This document shows positions 50,661-62,879 of a stretch of DNA of 64,000 nucleotides, in pieces (the first letter of the stretch is position 1; every line of letters starts with the position of its first letter). Origin of the DNA: Chiloscyllium plagiosum (taxonomy: Eukaryota); NCBI RefSeq assembly GCF_004010195.1, contig NC_057755.1, forward strand, positions 5,873,474 to 5,937,473, read 5' to 3'. Both the position numbers and the translations under genes were made by a program. The notes below the pieces were generated by a model, which was given only the letters and a program-made list of their open reading frames with translations, was not told where the DNA came from and did no database searches.

Positions 50661-51807
50661 AAACGATCCCAGTTGATGTAAACACTTGGTGATTACTATC
50701 CTAGATTTTGAAATAAAACGTATGCGCGCAAATGTGTTTAATTTTGGGTACTGTTGAGGAAAATGGCTGTTAAGATTGATAAAGATATTCTGGGGTTTGA
50801 AGATAAATCCCATACTTGAAAAACAGTCCATAAAGTAAGATGAAGAAAGTACTTATCAAATTAGCAAGCAGGTGCGAATGGGGTTCAACCAGGTTCAAAA
50901 AGAAAGCTGAAGTTGGAATGGAGATAGCCAAGCATTTAGGTGTGTCAGAGAAACAGACAAATGCAGTAGAGTTAGAAAAAGCCTAAAGTGCAATTGAGGC
51001 AAATGACCTTAGAATATGAAGTAACGGACAGAAGAGCCGTGTTAATGGAAAAGAAAGGGAAAGATGGTTCAGAGCTGAGCAAATTAAAGAGAGAAGGAGA
51101 AACATGAAGGGAGAGTCAAATGTACTTTCCAAATTGCGGAGTAGACAGAAAAGTCAAGTCAATTGGATTGGGATGAAGAGAGAATGCAGTGGAGTACGCA
51201 AATATGTTAAAACGTTGCTACATCTTTTTGAGAAAGATGCTGCAACCTTCCTTATTTCATTTGAAAAATTCGCTAACAGTATGAAGTGGCCTGAAAACTT
51301 GTGGTGAAGAATAGTCCCGACAAAGCTGGTAGGCAGAGCTCGTGAGGTATTTGCAGCGCTATCAGATGAGAGGTCAACAGACAATGCAGATGTTATAAAA
51401 TTCTAGTTTGAGTGCCTATGAAATGGAAGCTCAATCGTACATACAGCGATTCAGAAACATAAAGAAGGAGCCAGGTCAGACTTACGTTGTGTTTAAAAGA
51501 ATTAGGCATAGATATTTTGATAGATGTGCGTGGGCCTTAAAATAGGTAGGGCATGTGTGACTAAGAGAAATTATTCTACTGGAAGAGGTTAAAACCTGAC
51601 TTCCAGGCATTATTAGAATTCATCTGGATGAAGGAAAATGCAAGAAGTTAGAAGAGCGGCAGAAATAGCAGCTGAATATGAAATGGTGCATAAGGGTGTA
51701 ATTCCTGGCAGGAATTTCATCCTGTGCGTTATAGAAATTTGGAGAATGCGAGATTCTTCACTACAACCAAAGTGTAGAGCACACGTCTGAGAAGATTTGT
51801 GGCTCAT

Positions 51808-52025
51808 GTTGAGGTTCTGGATGTGGGTTTGCTCGCTGGGCTAGAAGGTACATTTTCAAATGTTTCATCACGATACTAGGTTACGTCATCAATGAACCTC
51901 CGGATAAAGCACTGGTAGTATGGCAGACTTTTTATTGATGCATTTAGGTTTCCTTTGGGCTGATGACATCATTTCTAAATGTGATGTCATTTCCGGTTGT
52001 GGTGTCTTTTTCTCGCGGGTGGTAA
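51808..52025 (-). mobile_element. Penelope-A-type terminal repeat fragment inside the gag of element 3
   Basis: Resembles 24823-24960; carries a decayed hammerhead-like core at 51855-51896. Confidence 0.6.
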
Positions 52026-53009
52026 ATCAATCGAGAAAACTGGCAATAGTTTACAACAGGTAAAAAAAAATAAGAAAATGAGTCATCGGGGTGAAAAGGA
52101 GTTGAAACGCCACAGTTGTTTTCACTGTGATAAGCACGGGCAAAAAATGCCTTGTTGTTAGCCGTTGAAGAAGGGCACTGTGGAAAAAATGTGGTGAAAG
52201 ACGCTAAGACAGTGGGATTGTTGCTGTGGAAACAAAGTCTTCCCAGACCATAGCGGCCACTCTCTCATGATAGGAAGCGACTGGTGGTGATAAACCTGAG
52301 GGCGACACCCAGACTTCAAGTGAAGGAAGAGGCTGAAAAGGAGAGTCCTTCATTACAAACTGCAACCGGTGATTGAAATTGAAGTCAGGTGTCATTGGGA
52401 AGGTTGAAGTTAACAAAACCTTGAATTAATTTAATGGTGAACGCCAATGTAAGGGATAATGCATTGAATTCAATTGTTCAAGTCTTTAAATATAAGGTCT
52501 TCCAAAATTCTGCACACCATGTCTTAATTGGCAACAAATTCTGTTTCCTATAAGCACGTCCTGTGCTTGCTGACCCACAACTGTTCCTGATGTGGTTTCA
52601 TGGGTAAAACACTACTGTTGCTGATATAAGGCTTATACATTAGACTGTAAAATATTTGCTGTTAAGATTCATGCCAAGATAGCTGTCTTAGAGTTTATTA
52701 ACATCACTAAAAATAATAATTATTTACACTGTTACAATATGTCAGACTGCACAGTCTTGGTTCCGCACCTGCTCTCTGCATAGAACAAAGAGACAGAAGC
52801 TGCAAATAGGCAATTACTATTCTAACCGCTATAATGGCAAGCACAAAGAAAAAGGCATAACTTTCCACTGCAATTTCTTTTAAATGCCTGGAATCTATGT
52901 AGTCATGCAAAAGCTGCGAGTTAAGTGATGTCTTGCGTTTAAAATTCACCTATTGGACTTCAAATCCCATGGCATTGCTCTCAACCACCAGCCATTAACC
53001 CTCCCACAC

Positions 53010-53290
53010 CACTACAACTTCTCAATCCTCTGAGAGGATCGTCTTCGTCTGATGTTGGCCTGTTGTGCATTGTTACTTGCACCATTGCTTTCGGCCATTT
53101 CTTCATTCACACAATTTTCAAACTCTCGAATTCCCTGCCACCCTGTCAGTTTCTTTCCTTTAGACACTTCTTCAAATTTATGTCTTTAGCCAAGCATTTA
53201 GTATTCTGTCCCTATATCTCCTTACACGACTTGAGCCATGAAGATTATTTTATAAAATCTTGCAAGGCATTGTACAAGTTGCTGTTGAAC
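53010..53290 (+). mobile_element. ancient L2-like LINE 3' end
   Basis: tctcgaattccctgcc...tcctttagacacttcttcaaa...ttagccaagcattt...aaggcattgtacaagttgctgttg resembles vertebrate L2 3' ends (recognised from memory). Confidence 0.5.
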
Positions 53291-56174
53291 CAAGTCGATT
53301 GCCAACTATGCAAAGACGGTGGTTATTTCAGTTTCAGAACAGAATGGACATATTCATTCGAACAGGTATTTGCATTCGTGATATGTATTGTCACATTCAT
53401 ATACTATCTACTACTATGATTCATACATTTGAAAAAAAATTCCGAAAGAGCAACGTTCGTTAATTGCTAATTTATCTTCTTTAGGAATCCAACTAATCAC
53501 TGCAAAGCTGTGGTATATTTTGACATCTCCGAATGTATGCTTGGGATCAAGGGCATATATTTTAATTCTGAATTCTAGCTTAGTTCCCAATCAGCTTTGC
53601 TACTTGATTTATAATACGCAAATTCTTTTACAGGCTACTGTTCAATTTATTCAAGAAATTTGGTACAAGTCTCCCTCGTTGCAATTTACAGTAATCAAAA
53701 GGAGGAAATTGACGAGTGTGGCGAACAAAATAGAACCATGACACTTATAGTACAGCTCGTAGAATCGTGGAGCTTGATTACAAGTGTGTTAGCCCAAGCA
53801 GAGCTAATACAATGAAAATAAATTCATTTCCACTACGTCTTAGCACCAAAATCAAAATGGGACTCCCACTGCAGATGTTGCATTTCTACTTCCAATACAA
53901 TATGTTAATTGAGTGTCAAACACGGTTCAGTTTTGTTTTATAAGTAAAATGAAATCTATTCTAGAATCCTCTAAGTAAAGATCTTTTCAGTAGTCATAAC
54001 AGGGTTGAAAGTGAACCCTACTTATGCCTGCTTTCTCTGATTCCTACTCAGGTGTCTTCACTTAACCTTTTGTTAAACAAATTCGAACAAACAATTATTT
54101 TTTTAAAGTAAAAATGAAAAGTATAATGAAAGTACGTGTCAAAATTAAAGGCTGTAATGTTAAACGCGTTCACAACAAAGCATTTTGTTTGTGATTCAAT
54201 AAAATACTGAACTGGTGAGGATGTGGATGATTATCTTAGCCAATTTTCAATGTTTTGTCTTACCTGCTTATATCAAATCAAGCACAGGAATTACAACACA
54301 ACAAATATTATTTGGATCAACTCAGTAAGAGTGGTGCAAGCTTATTATAAGCCTTGGAACAAACAAGAGCTTGGGTCTTTTTTCATCAACGTTGATATTA
54401 GTTTTTTCACTCCAATCAGTACTTGCGAACCAGTATGAATGTGACTACTGGAATTCCAAAGGCAATTCTGTTGTGGACTAGTAAGGCAAAAAAGAATGGT
54501 GGACGATTTAGTTGATTTCTTTAATTGGTATTGTCGACCCAGAGAGATCCAGTCAGACGAAGTTTCGAATTGTACTGCTAATCTGTTTAACAAAACTTTG
54601 TGTCGCTCAGGCAGACAACACTTGAAGTCAAGTGAGTACACTGAATCCCACGGAATCTTGGGAAGGAGGCATATGACCACGAAGATCATGTTGAATGTGG
54701 ACTATAAGTATTACATGAATGATTGGGAGAAAGAAACAAATGTTCATGATTGTCCTGCATAGTGAAGCATCAAGTCCAGATGTTGTGGAGTTTCAATGTG
54801 CTTCAAAATAAATTACATACTGACGAAGTCATTGTGGAGATTAATAGGTGAGTGAGATGCCCACCTCAGGCGCAAATAACCAATTGAAAGATTCGTTGCA
54901 GCAGAATGAGGACATAGGCAGGAATAGCATGGGGAGGACAGATACTCTTGTGCATGAGGATACAGTAGGGAATGTTGTTCCGATAAAACAGCAGCCCTAC
55001 AGGCCTAATGATCTCAAAGCCAAACAGGAAGTAGATGGAATGCTCAACGAAGATATCATCGAACCGAGTCAGAGTGAGTGTAGTTTGCTGATTGTTGTAG
55101 TCCCAAACCTCAAGGGATGAATTGATTTCATGAGGAATATCGAAGTCAATGCCATAAGAGAATCAGACGCCTATCCAATAGTACTGCATCCAGAAAGATA
55201 GACAAGCCACTTCCATCACAAATTTGGACATAATGCATGGCTGCTCGCAGGGACCTTCATCAGAGAGAGTGAAAGACGTTTCTTTATTTGTTACCGTATA
55301 TGGTTTATATTAATTCAACGTGATGCACTTTGCAATGATGAACAAACAATATTCCAAACACTCTTGCACAGAGCTGTAACAGGATTAACAAATTGTGCAT
55401 TTTATTTGGATGATGTACTGATTTTCAGCGAATTATAGAAAGATCACATGACACAGATGTCATCGCTCTTTGAGCAAGCAAACCTGTTAGTAAAGTTATG
55501 CAGAAACAGAATTCGGGAAGGCAGAGGTGACGTTCATGGGGCATAACATCAGGTACGGAATGTTGATTCCAAGGAAAGCAAAGACAAATTCCATCGATGA
55601 CATTCCGCGACCACCCAAAGTAAAAAAAGTGCTTTATGTTTTGGGATGAAGGGAATTCTGCTGGAATTCTGTTCCAAATGTCAGCAGTGTGGCAGCTGAG
55701 CTTACTAAAGAAGAACACAAATTAGATGGACAGAACAACGCCAGGAGGAACCTAAGAATTTAAAAGCAGTATTAACCACTGCATCAGATTTAGCTGTACA
55801 AAGCTGTTTGAAACACTTCAAAGTTGCAATCGATGCTAGCAATACAGAAGTTGGAGCTGCACTGCTACAGGAAGATGATGATGGAATTGATCGGTCAATG
55901 GGCTACCATTGAAAGAAACTCAAACGCATAATTGAGTTTGGTACTGGCCTTATAACATGTTCATGTGTATGTGCCAAACAATGTGTTGGAGATGATTGCG
56001 TACCCGAGTTCCAATCCTCTTACATTCTTGGAAAATAAATAAGGAGCAAATGTGAGACAATTTCAGTGGAGTATTGTGTTACAGACTTCTAATTTATAAA
56101 TTTAACGTGTTGTGCACTGTAAAATTGTGATAGCAAATGCGTTATCAAGGATTTAAACAAAATTTGTGGATAAG

Positions 56175-56706
56175 TGCAATGATGCTGCTTCTTTCACAAG
56201 GTGCTGTGGTCCTTGTTTTTTTTTTCCAGAGAGATTATAGAAGGCACTGACTTGAAAGTCTGGGGTTGAAAGCATTTAGGACAATTTTGATTATTGCCAA
56301 TGTATACTGTCTCCAGCAAAAATGTTTATAGATCTATAACAATGTATAATGAGAGAGGAATGGTCAGCTTTCCTCTGGAATGATTTGGTCTTGGCAGTCC
56401 AGCAATTCATGGAATTCAATCAATAGGTGTATGTGGTGTTTGTTGCAAGTATTTAGAACAGCATCATTAAGGTAGAATTATTTGTTGGGCTTTTGGACAG
56501 GGTGAATTATTCGCTACTCCGTTCTCTTTTGTTTGTGTCTCATTCAGTAATCTTGCAAATAAACTCTGTTTTGCTGAAACTAACTGAGTTGGCCAGCTGC
56601 ATTACTCCTGGAATATCAGTATTACATTTGCTTAAACCAACCAATAAGCTTACACTCTGGGCCACTTTCTTGAAATGTTTTGAAGGTTGTGACCTGATCC
56701 ATAACA
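56175..56706 (+). mobile_element. solo LTR with 4-bp TSD, inserted in the 3' UTR of element 3
   Basis: TG...CATAACA termini; TAAG at 56171-56174 and 56707-56710; internal AATAAA; resembles the 42244-42898/24334-24822 LTR family. Confidence 0.8.
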
Positions 56707-57157
56707 TAAGGTTGGACAGATTCCAATGATATATATGTGTTCAGTAATTATGCAGAAAAGTATAACTTAGATAAATGGCCAATGCATTTTATCGAAATAA
56801 AATGAAGAGTTAACAAGAAAACCGATCTTTTCGTTATGAATTTCTGTATTTTTTTAACCTATGGGGAAGTGTTATGAAGTTGAAGGCAAGTAATGTACTT
56901 TTAAGAGAGAGGAACTGTCACTGGGACAGAAACGCATGGAATACGAACATCTTGCTCGTCCAAAAAAAAATTAGGAAGCACTCTCCACCAAGGATACCTT
57001 TTCATATGAAACACATTCATTGTTAAAAGAAAGACAGGGAAATGTTCAGCCGGAAGAGGGAAGACGGAAGAAGACAGCGGCTGTGTCATTTTGAAATTAA
57101 ATTTATGTAATTTTAATGTGTCTGAACGGAGCAGAGTATTGCTGCAGAGTTTTCTTT

Positions 57158-57461
57158 TTAGATTACTGAAAGAGTAGAATCAGGTCCTTCGGGCCAACAA
57201 GTCCACACCGATCCTCCAAAGTGTAACCCACCCAGAGCCATTTCCCTCTGAACTACGCACCTAACACTGTGGGCAATTTAGCATGGCCAATCTACCTGCA
57301 CATCTTTGGACTATGGGAGGAAACCGAAGCACCCGATGGAAACCCAGGCAGACACGGGAAGAATGTGCAAACACGACACAGACAGTCACCCGAGTCTGGA
57401 ATTAAATCTATGCCCCTGGTGCTGTGAGGCAGCAGTGCTAACCACTGAGCCACCATGCCGC
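57158..57461 (-). mobile_element. full-length HE1/V-SINE-like element inside the 3' LTR of element 3
   Basis: Reverse complement begins gcggcatggtggctcagtggttagcactgctgcctcacagcaccagg. Confidence 0.9.
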
Positions 57462-58364
57462 TCTTGGATGCAGACTGTAAGCAATTAAGGGAAGGGGGGG
57501 GCGTAGACCTGCGAATACTTGTTGTCTAGTGCTCACTTTTAGAGTTAAAAATAAATTAAGCGTTTTTCCTTTAAATACTGGAATTTTGATGTTTTCTGTC
57601 AGTCATATTTTAACATTACCTGGCGAGACGAGCTTTTCTGGGTGTCTGGGTTAAGTAACAAAGGGTTTCACCTCCGTGTCTGAACACTACAATCATATCA
57701 AAAATTGCACAACTTGTTGAGAGTTTATGTTGACATCAGAAACAAAATTTCTAACCTCACATTGGGGACTCTTGTTAGTTTTGTCTCTTCTGTGACATAC
57801 AGAGTCCTAGACAGCACCTTTTCTTGCCTTTAACGAGGCATAAACAGTGAACAGATTCAAATGGAAAAATTGGGAGCATAATATTCAAACTAGGATTGCT
57901 TCGAAGATAGGGACAGAAGGAAACTATTCAGCCCGTAGAGATAAACACTTGCCTTTAGCTCACATTCCCTAATATATTTCTTCCGCTGAAATCTATCTTT
58001 CTCAGCTTTAAAACTAGCAACTGATGCGACATCCACTGCCATTTGAGGAAGGTAGCTTGAAATCTCTCATACCATTTGTGTGCAGAAGTGCTTCCCAACA
58101 TCTCTCTTGAATGGTCCGGCCCGAACGCCGAGGTTATATGTCCCATAATTGTAGAAGCCCCAAACAATACAAATAGTTTATCTTTATGTACCCTACCATT
58201 TTTCCTGTAAATAGGTTGGAGACACTAAATGACGAATCTATCCAGTAATCATTCACTGAAACACTATATTGCTGAAAGACGTTAGTTGCCTATCAGGTCA
58301 GCACAAGCCTTCAGTGGAGCATTCTGATCAGAAACATCCACTCATCAACTCCTAACACTTATCT

Positions 58365-58580
58365 TAGCCCATCAACCTACGTATACATCGCTGCTCACTA
58401 CAGTTTAATTTAACATGTCCTCAGCTGCGCATCTTTGGAGTATTGGTGGGAACAGAAGCTCTCTGACAAAACCCAAACAGACATGGGGGAGAACGTGTGA
58501 AAGTCACACACACAGTCCATTGATGCTGGGATCGATCCCAGGTCCTTTGTGCTGCGAGACAACAGGACTAACCACTGGGA
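58365..58580 (-). mobile_element. decayed V-SINE
   Basis: Reverse complement has cagtggttagt...gacctgggatcgatccc and a V-domain remnant. Confidence 0.65.
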
Positions 58581-59543
58581 TACTATGATTTTTGCATGCA
58601 CCCTAATTCTCTTCTGACATATCTTGTGCCACTTGCACCAGTATCCTAGTCAACTTGTAATTCCTTACTCCCACCCCTATGACTCTGCAGTTTCAGATCT
58701 AAAATCATTTCTTTGTGATCATACATATTCCACCTCAAATTCAAACTAACTAACAACATGTTCCTTCCTGAAATCCGTCCTAAGATCTGTTCTGAAGAAG
58801 TGTCACCAGACCCGACACGTTAACTCTAATTTCTCTGCATAGACGTGCTGAGATTTTCCAGCAATTTCTGTTCTTGTTTTGGATTTACAGCATTTGTATT
58901 TTTTTTCAGGTTTAACAATTCCTGCCTGCTTGTTTTTCTTTTTTATCAGTCTGTAGGAGTCCAGACACTGAAGAGCAAAGAAACAGTTGCTGACATCCAC
59001 GTGGTCATGGTCAACTGTCACGTATAAAACGTATGTTCTCTGCTTGTGTCCTGAATGCAAAGTGATGGGTTTCAAAAGGAGACACGCCCCACACTCGCCG
59101 CACGCAGGTTAAATAACATTTCCAGCTGCTTTCTGTTCTGAGGAAGGATCACTCGAATCGAAATGTCACTCGGTTTCTCAATCTGCGAATGCTGAGAGGG
59201 CTTTAGACTTTATCCAGCGCATTCTGCATGTTTTATGCAGAAGCAGCCTCTTAGATACGGCTTGGTACAAAATCACTCACCAGCTCATCAGACACGAACT
59301 GATTTCTGGTGACAAATCTTTTTGACGAGAAGAACCAATTTTTGTCCCGGCGTGAGAGATAGAAACAGAGCTCTCTGGATGGTGGAAATATGAAACAACA
59401 AGAGAAGTGTACTGAAGAAACTCAGCAGCCATAGCAGCATCTGCAGAGAAAAAGAAACACCTAAAGCTGCAAGTGCAGCGTTCCTCTTCATCAGAATCGA
59501 AACGGCAAACATTATACACAGAAGCACGGGCAGAAGTTGAGTT

Positions 59544-60434
59544 TTAAGTAGGATTCGTAACTTCTCGTTGCATTCTGAATGCTTTGACCATAAGAAAGAG
59601 TAGTATCAAAGAATATTTCCATACCTTACGTAACTCTGTGTATGTAGAAGAACTCAAGGAGGTGAACAGATGTCCAGTATCAGTGGTATTGTAGGTAGGG
59701 CTAGTATAGTGCATTTGATCAAGCACAGTCAAACTTTTGCTCAAAGAACTCACTGCAGATATCATATGCAGCAGTAAAAAAAAAAACTGCCAGACACCAT
59801 AACGAGTAAAATCATGTGTTTTCTTCGGCTTTTCATCCCTGGATCACTCTGATTTTCAACATTCTGTGCCCCGAAGCCTCCTGTAAGCATTCCTGCTCAT
59901 TAAAATGTGCCCGGCTGTCAAACTATTTCAAGGCAATATCAAAATGAAAGTAATCCATTTAACTAAAATACTTTGCAACCTGAAGTGCGTTACACCTACA
60001 GGTATTGTGAGAAACATGACATTGGGAAGATATCCCCATTGAATATTATTAATTGCATATTTATATTAATAAGCAGAACAAAAGTGGATGATCTCTACAT
60101 ATACCACAACTGAGATAAATATTGTAACCGTGTTTAGCAGTTCTCACTGTGCCATGCTTGGTTTTAAGTTTGCAACAACTCAGAGCCATAAATCGGTCAA
60201 AGGTATACCACACTGACAGATAGACATTCGTTCAGCCGAAGTACAAAATAAGTTTGATGACTACAGTGTGGGAGAGGAATGATTGTGGAAATTGTTTGTT
60301 CAAAAGTTGAAGCAAAATGACATGAATGAGCATGATCACGTGATCTGCTGTTACCAATGCAAGCATGTGGGGTGAAGTGCATTCAGAAAGACTGGAAGTT
60401 CTTGTCAAGAGAATCACAGTTGCGAGGAGATTTG
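59544..60434 (-). pseudogene. GPCR copy 6: GPR139-like exon 2, disrupted; closest to copy 5; exon 1 not found
   Basis: Acceptor tcttcctttcttacag (cag at 60437-60435), then NLLATVILLTRTSSLSECTSPHMLALVTADHVIM...FPQSFLSHTVVIKLILYFG*TNVYLSVWYTFDRFMALSCCKLKTKHG...DPGMKSRRKHMILLVMVSGSF...TGHLFTSLSSSTYTELRK; the NxxIY segment is missing. Confidence 0.86.
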
Positions 60435-60569
60435 CTGTAAGAAAGGAAGAAAATTTAGATAGGACAGAGAACACATAAAATATTGTCAGTTGATGATCCA
60501 CGAGTATTATCACCAGGTTATTAGTCCAGAAACCCAGGGATCTGGCTATCGATCTGAACTCAAAATTTA

Positions 60570-60710
60570 GCGTGGCATGGTGCTACAGTGATTCGCACCG
60601 CGACTTCACAACGCCATGTTCTCGAGCTCAGTTCCACCCTCGGATGACTGCCAGTTCAGAGTTTGCATAGGTAGCCTGTGTCTGCGTGGACTTGTTTCTC
60701 ACAATGCTCT
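60570..60710 (+). mobile_element. decayed V-SINE 5' part
   Basis: gtggcatggtgctacagtg...gagtttgcat...gtgtctgcgtgg. Confidence 0.55.
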
Positions 60711-62463
60711 GAATTATTGTTAGGGAAACACCAATCGCCAAGCAGCTGTCCCAACCTCCTTTTATCTACATATGACTACAGACCCCAGCAAAATGGTTGT
60801 GTCTCAACTCTCTCGATGCAGGAAGGGATGTGCAAAAAGTTCTGGTTGTTCAGCCACACGCAAAAAAATGAATATTAGATGCTTAATGACGTGCCAGTGC
60901 ACAGATGGTGCTCTGCAAACTGCACAAATTGTTCTGATTTATTTGATTCGATTTATTTATTGTCACATGCCCCAAATAAGCGGTTTCCCATTTCTACAAA
61001 CAAAATATTAAGGTAATCCTTTTGAAGGCAGTCATTGTTTGTGCACTTACATTGAATATTTCAACGATTCAAAAAGGTGACTGACCATCACCTTCTCAAG
61101 GCCAGTGCAAGATGAACGCCAAAGACTGACTGGCGTCCTGTGAAGCCAGAAGGAAATTATTTGAACTGACTAGTAAATTCTGAAAAGCTAGTCTTGTCTG
61201 GGGAGTTATGTTTTCCCAGGTGAATCAATAAACAGGTTCCACAGCCGAATGCACATCTTGCTGCTGTGTATGATTCTACAGAACAGGAACACAAACAGTG
61301 TATTCGCCCCTCGAGCCTGTTGTACCATTCAATAAGATCATCATGTTCTGTTTGCAATTTGAATTCCACATTTCTATTGACTCCAAATAACCCGCGATTT
61401 CCTGGTCGAACAAAATAATTTTCATCATTGTTCTGGAAAATGTTTCAAGATTATGCCTCCCCCACCTTCTGATGAAGTGAAATCTAAATACGTACAACTC
61501 TCAGAGAGAGACCAAAAAGAAAGTACCAATCTCTGTCTCAAATGGGAGATCCAAACTTAAGAACGTGCAAACAGACATTTGGAAGTACGTCACCACACAA
61601 TGTGTAGGTAAGTTTATATTGCTCATTCCAAAGTTCAGTTTAAATCAGAAATCGTCAAATATATGAATCAAGGGCATGCAGAGATAGATGCCAAAGGCAA
61701 TTCGATACATTTACTTCAAATGTTAGCCATGATGACACTGTAACACGCTCGAGGGGCTGAATTACCACTTGTTTAGGGGTTTGTCTGTTTACTATTACGC
61801 AACGATTCACAGTGCATTCGACTGCAAACTATTAGACAACAGAATATATTGATAAAGAAAATGAAGCCTTGTGGAGGCTGGAGATCTGAAATAAACGGAA
61901 ACACAATAGCTGGAGAAACTCAGCCGATCTGGCAACATCTGTGACGAAGTGGAGAAACACAGTTAACACTTCTATTCCAGTGATCTTTCTTCAATGCATA
62001 CATGGTACATCAAAGGCAACGAGCACTGAGTAGAATATATCCTTTACCTGTACAATTGTCGGCTGCATCATTCTTGAGAAGAATGTTCACGCTATCAATC
62101 GTTGTGTCTTTTCAATGTGCGTGGATTGGAAATGTACAGGGGCTTCACATTTGTCACACAGTGATGAGTAAACGAGAATTGAGTTCGCACAATGTTAGTC
62201 CTTATTTACTCAACTAAAAATCAGTGCCGGTGGAAACATTGCCCATGTCACAATTGCAGACAAAATTCAGCGCAAGGAACCGAGAGAACCAAGGTTCGAA
62301 AGAGGCAGGGTGAGTGAGAGCGCGAAAGGTGAGTGAGAGAGAGAAAGAGAGAGAGACAGAGGTCATCATAATTAAGTAAGCAGAAACAAAATCGGTAAAC
62401 TGCTAGCAATAACTCTGTCACATTGTGAACCAATCCCAAGATCGCAAATTATTTTCACTGACA

Positions 62464-62720
62464 TATCACTGACCACACTCTTCTTGTCACTATTCATTCA
62501 GAGACATCACTGATCTCAATCTTATTGCTATTGTCCATCCAAATACATCCCTGATATCACTCTGACTGTCACTCCTCATTGGGAAACAACATTGACCTCA
62601 CTCCTTTTGTCACTATCCATTCTGATACGTCCATGACCTCTTTCATATAGTCACTGTTGATTCAGATACCTCACTGACCTCATATTTGTTGTCACTGCCC
62701 TGCTGAATACAACACTGAAC
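62464..62720 (+). repeat. 41-bp minisatellite, about 6.3 diverged copies
   Basis: Units start at 62464, 62505, 62546, 62587, 62628, 62669 and 62710; consensus about catcactgacctcactcttattgtcactattcattcagata. Confidence 0.9.
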
Positions 62721-62879
62721 ATGAAATAAAATCCATCACGAAATGTTTGCGTTCAATGATGACAATACATTTGCACATTAATAGCAAAATATTAAGGAGA
62801 GTAACGAGAGGTACAGAAGGTACATGCATAATAAGGTACTCAATTAAGCAAAGGATATGACAGACACTACAAAAATCCT

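Larger units (their letters stand above)
48780..57686 (+). mobile_element. Gmr1-type Gypsy LTR retrotransposon 3 (highly decayed, multiply interrupted; may be two elements)
   Basis: 5' LTR remnant ends at 48957, then PBS tggggctcgt (48961); gag 50790-52210 (FEKDAATFLISFEKFA, REIILLEEVK); integrase 54410-54760 (PREIQSDEVSN); RT 54850-55600 (PIKQQPYR); RNase H to about 56155; PPT atggggaag; 3' LTR 56870-57686, whose end aligns with 48790-48957. Confidence 0.75.

Noticed and set aside
52707..52949. Hydrophobic minus-strand ORF (YAFFFVLAIIAVRIVIAYL) as a seventh receptor
   Set aside because: None of the family motifs (RGxCGLS, DRF, SRRKS, CTN) could be found in the frames I read nearby.
62246..62316. 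ATG followed by a gtgagt donor-like site on the plus strand
   Set aside because: The peptide is unrecognisable, the site is within a GA-rich tract, and no downstream exon is seen.
62464..62720. CRISPR-like array
   Set aside because: Contiguous diverged units without unique spacers, no cas genes, vertebrate context.
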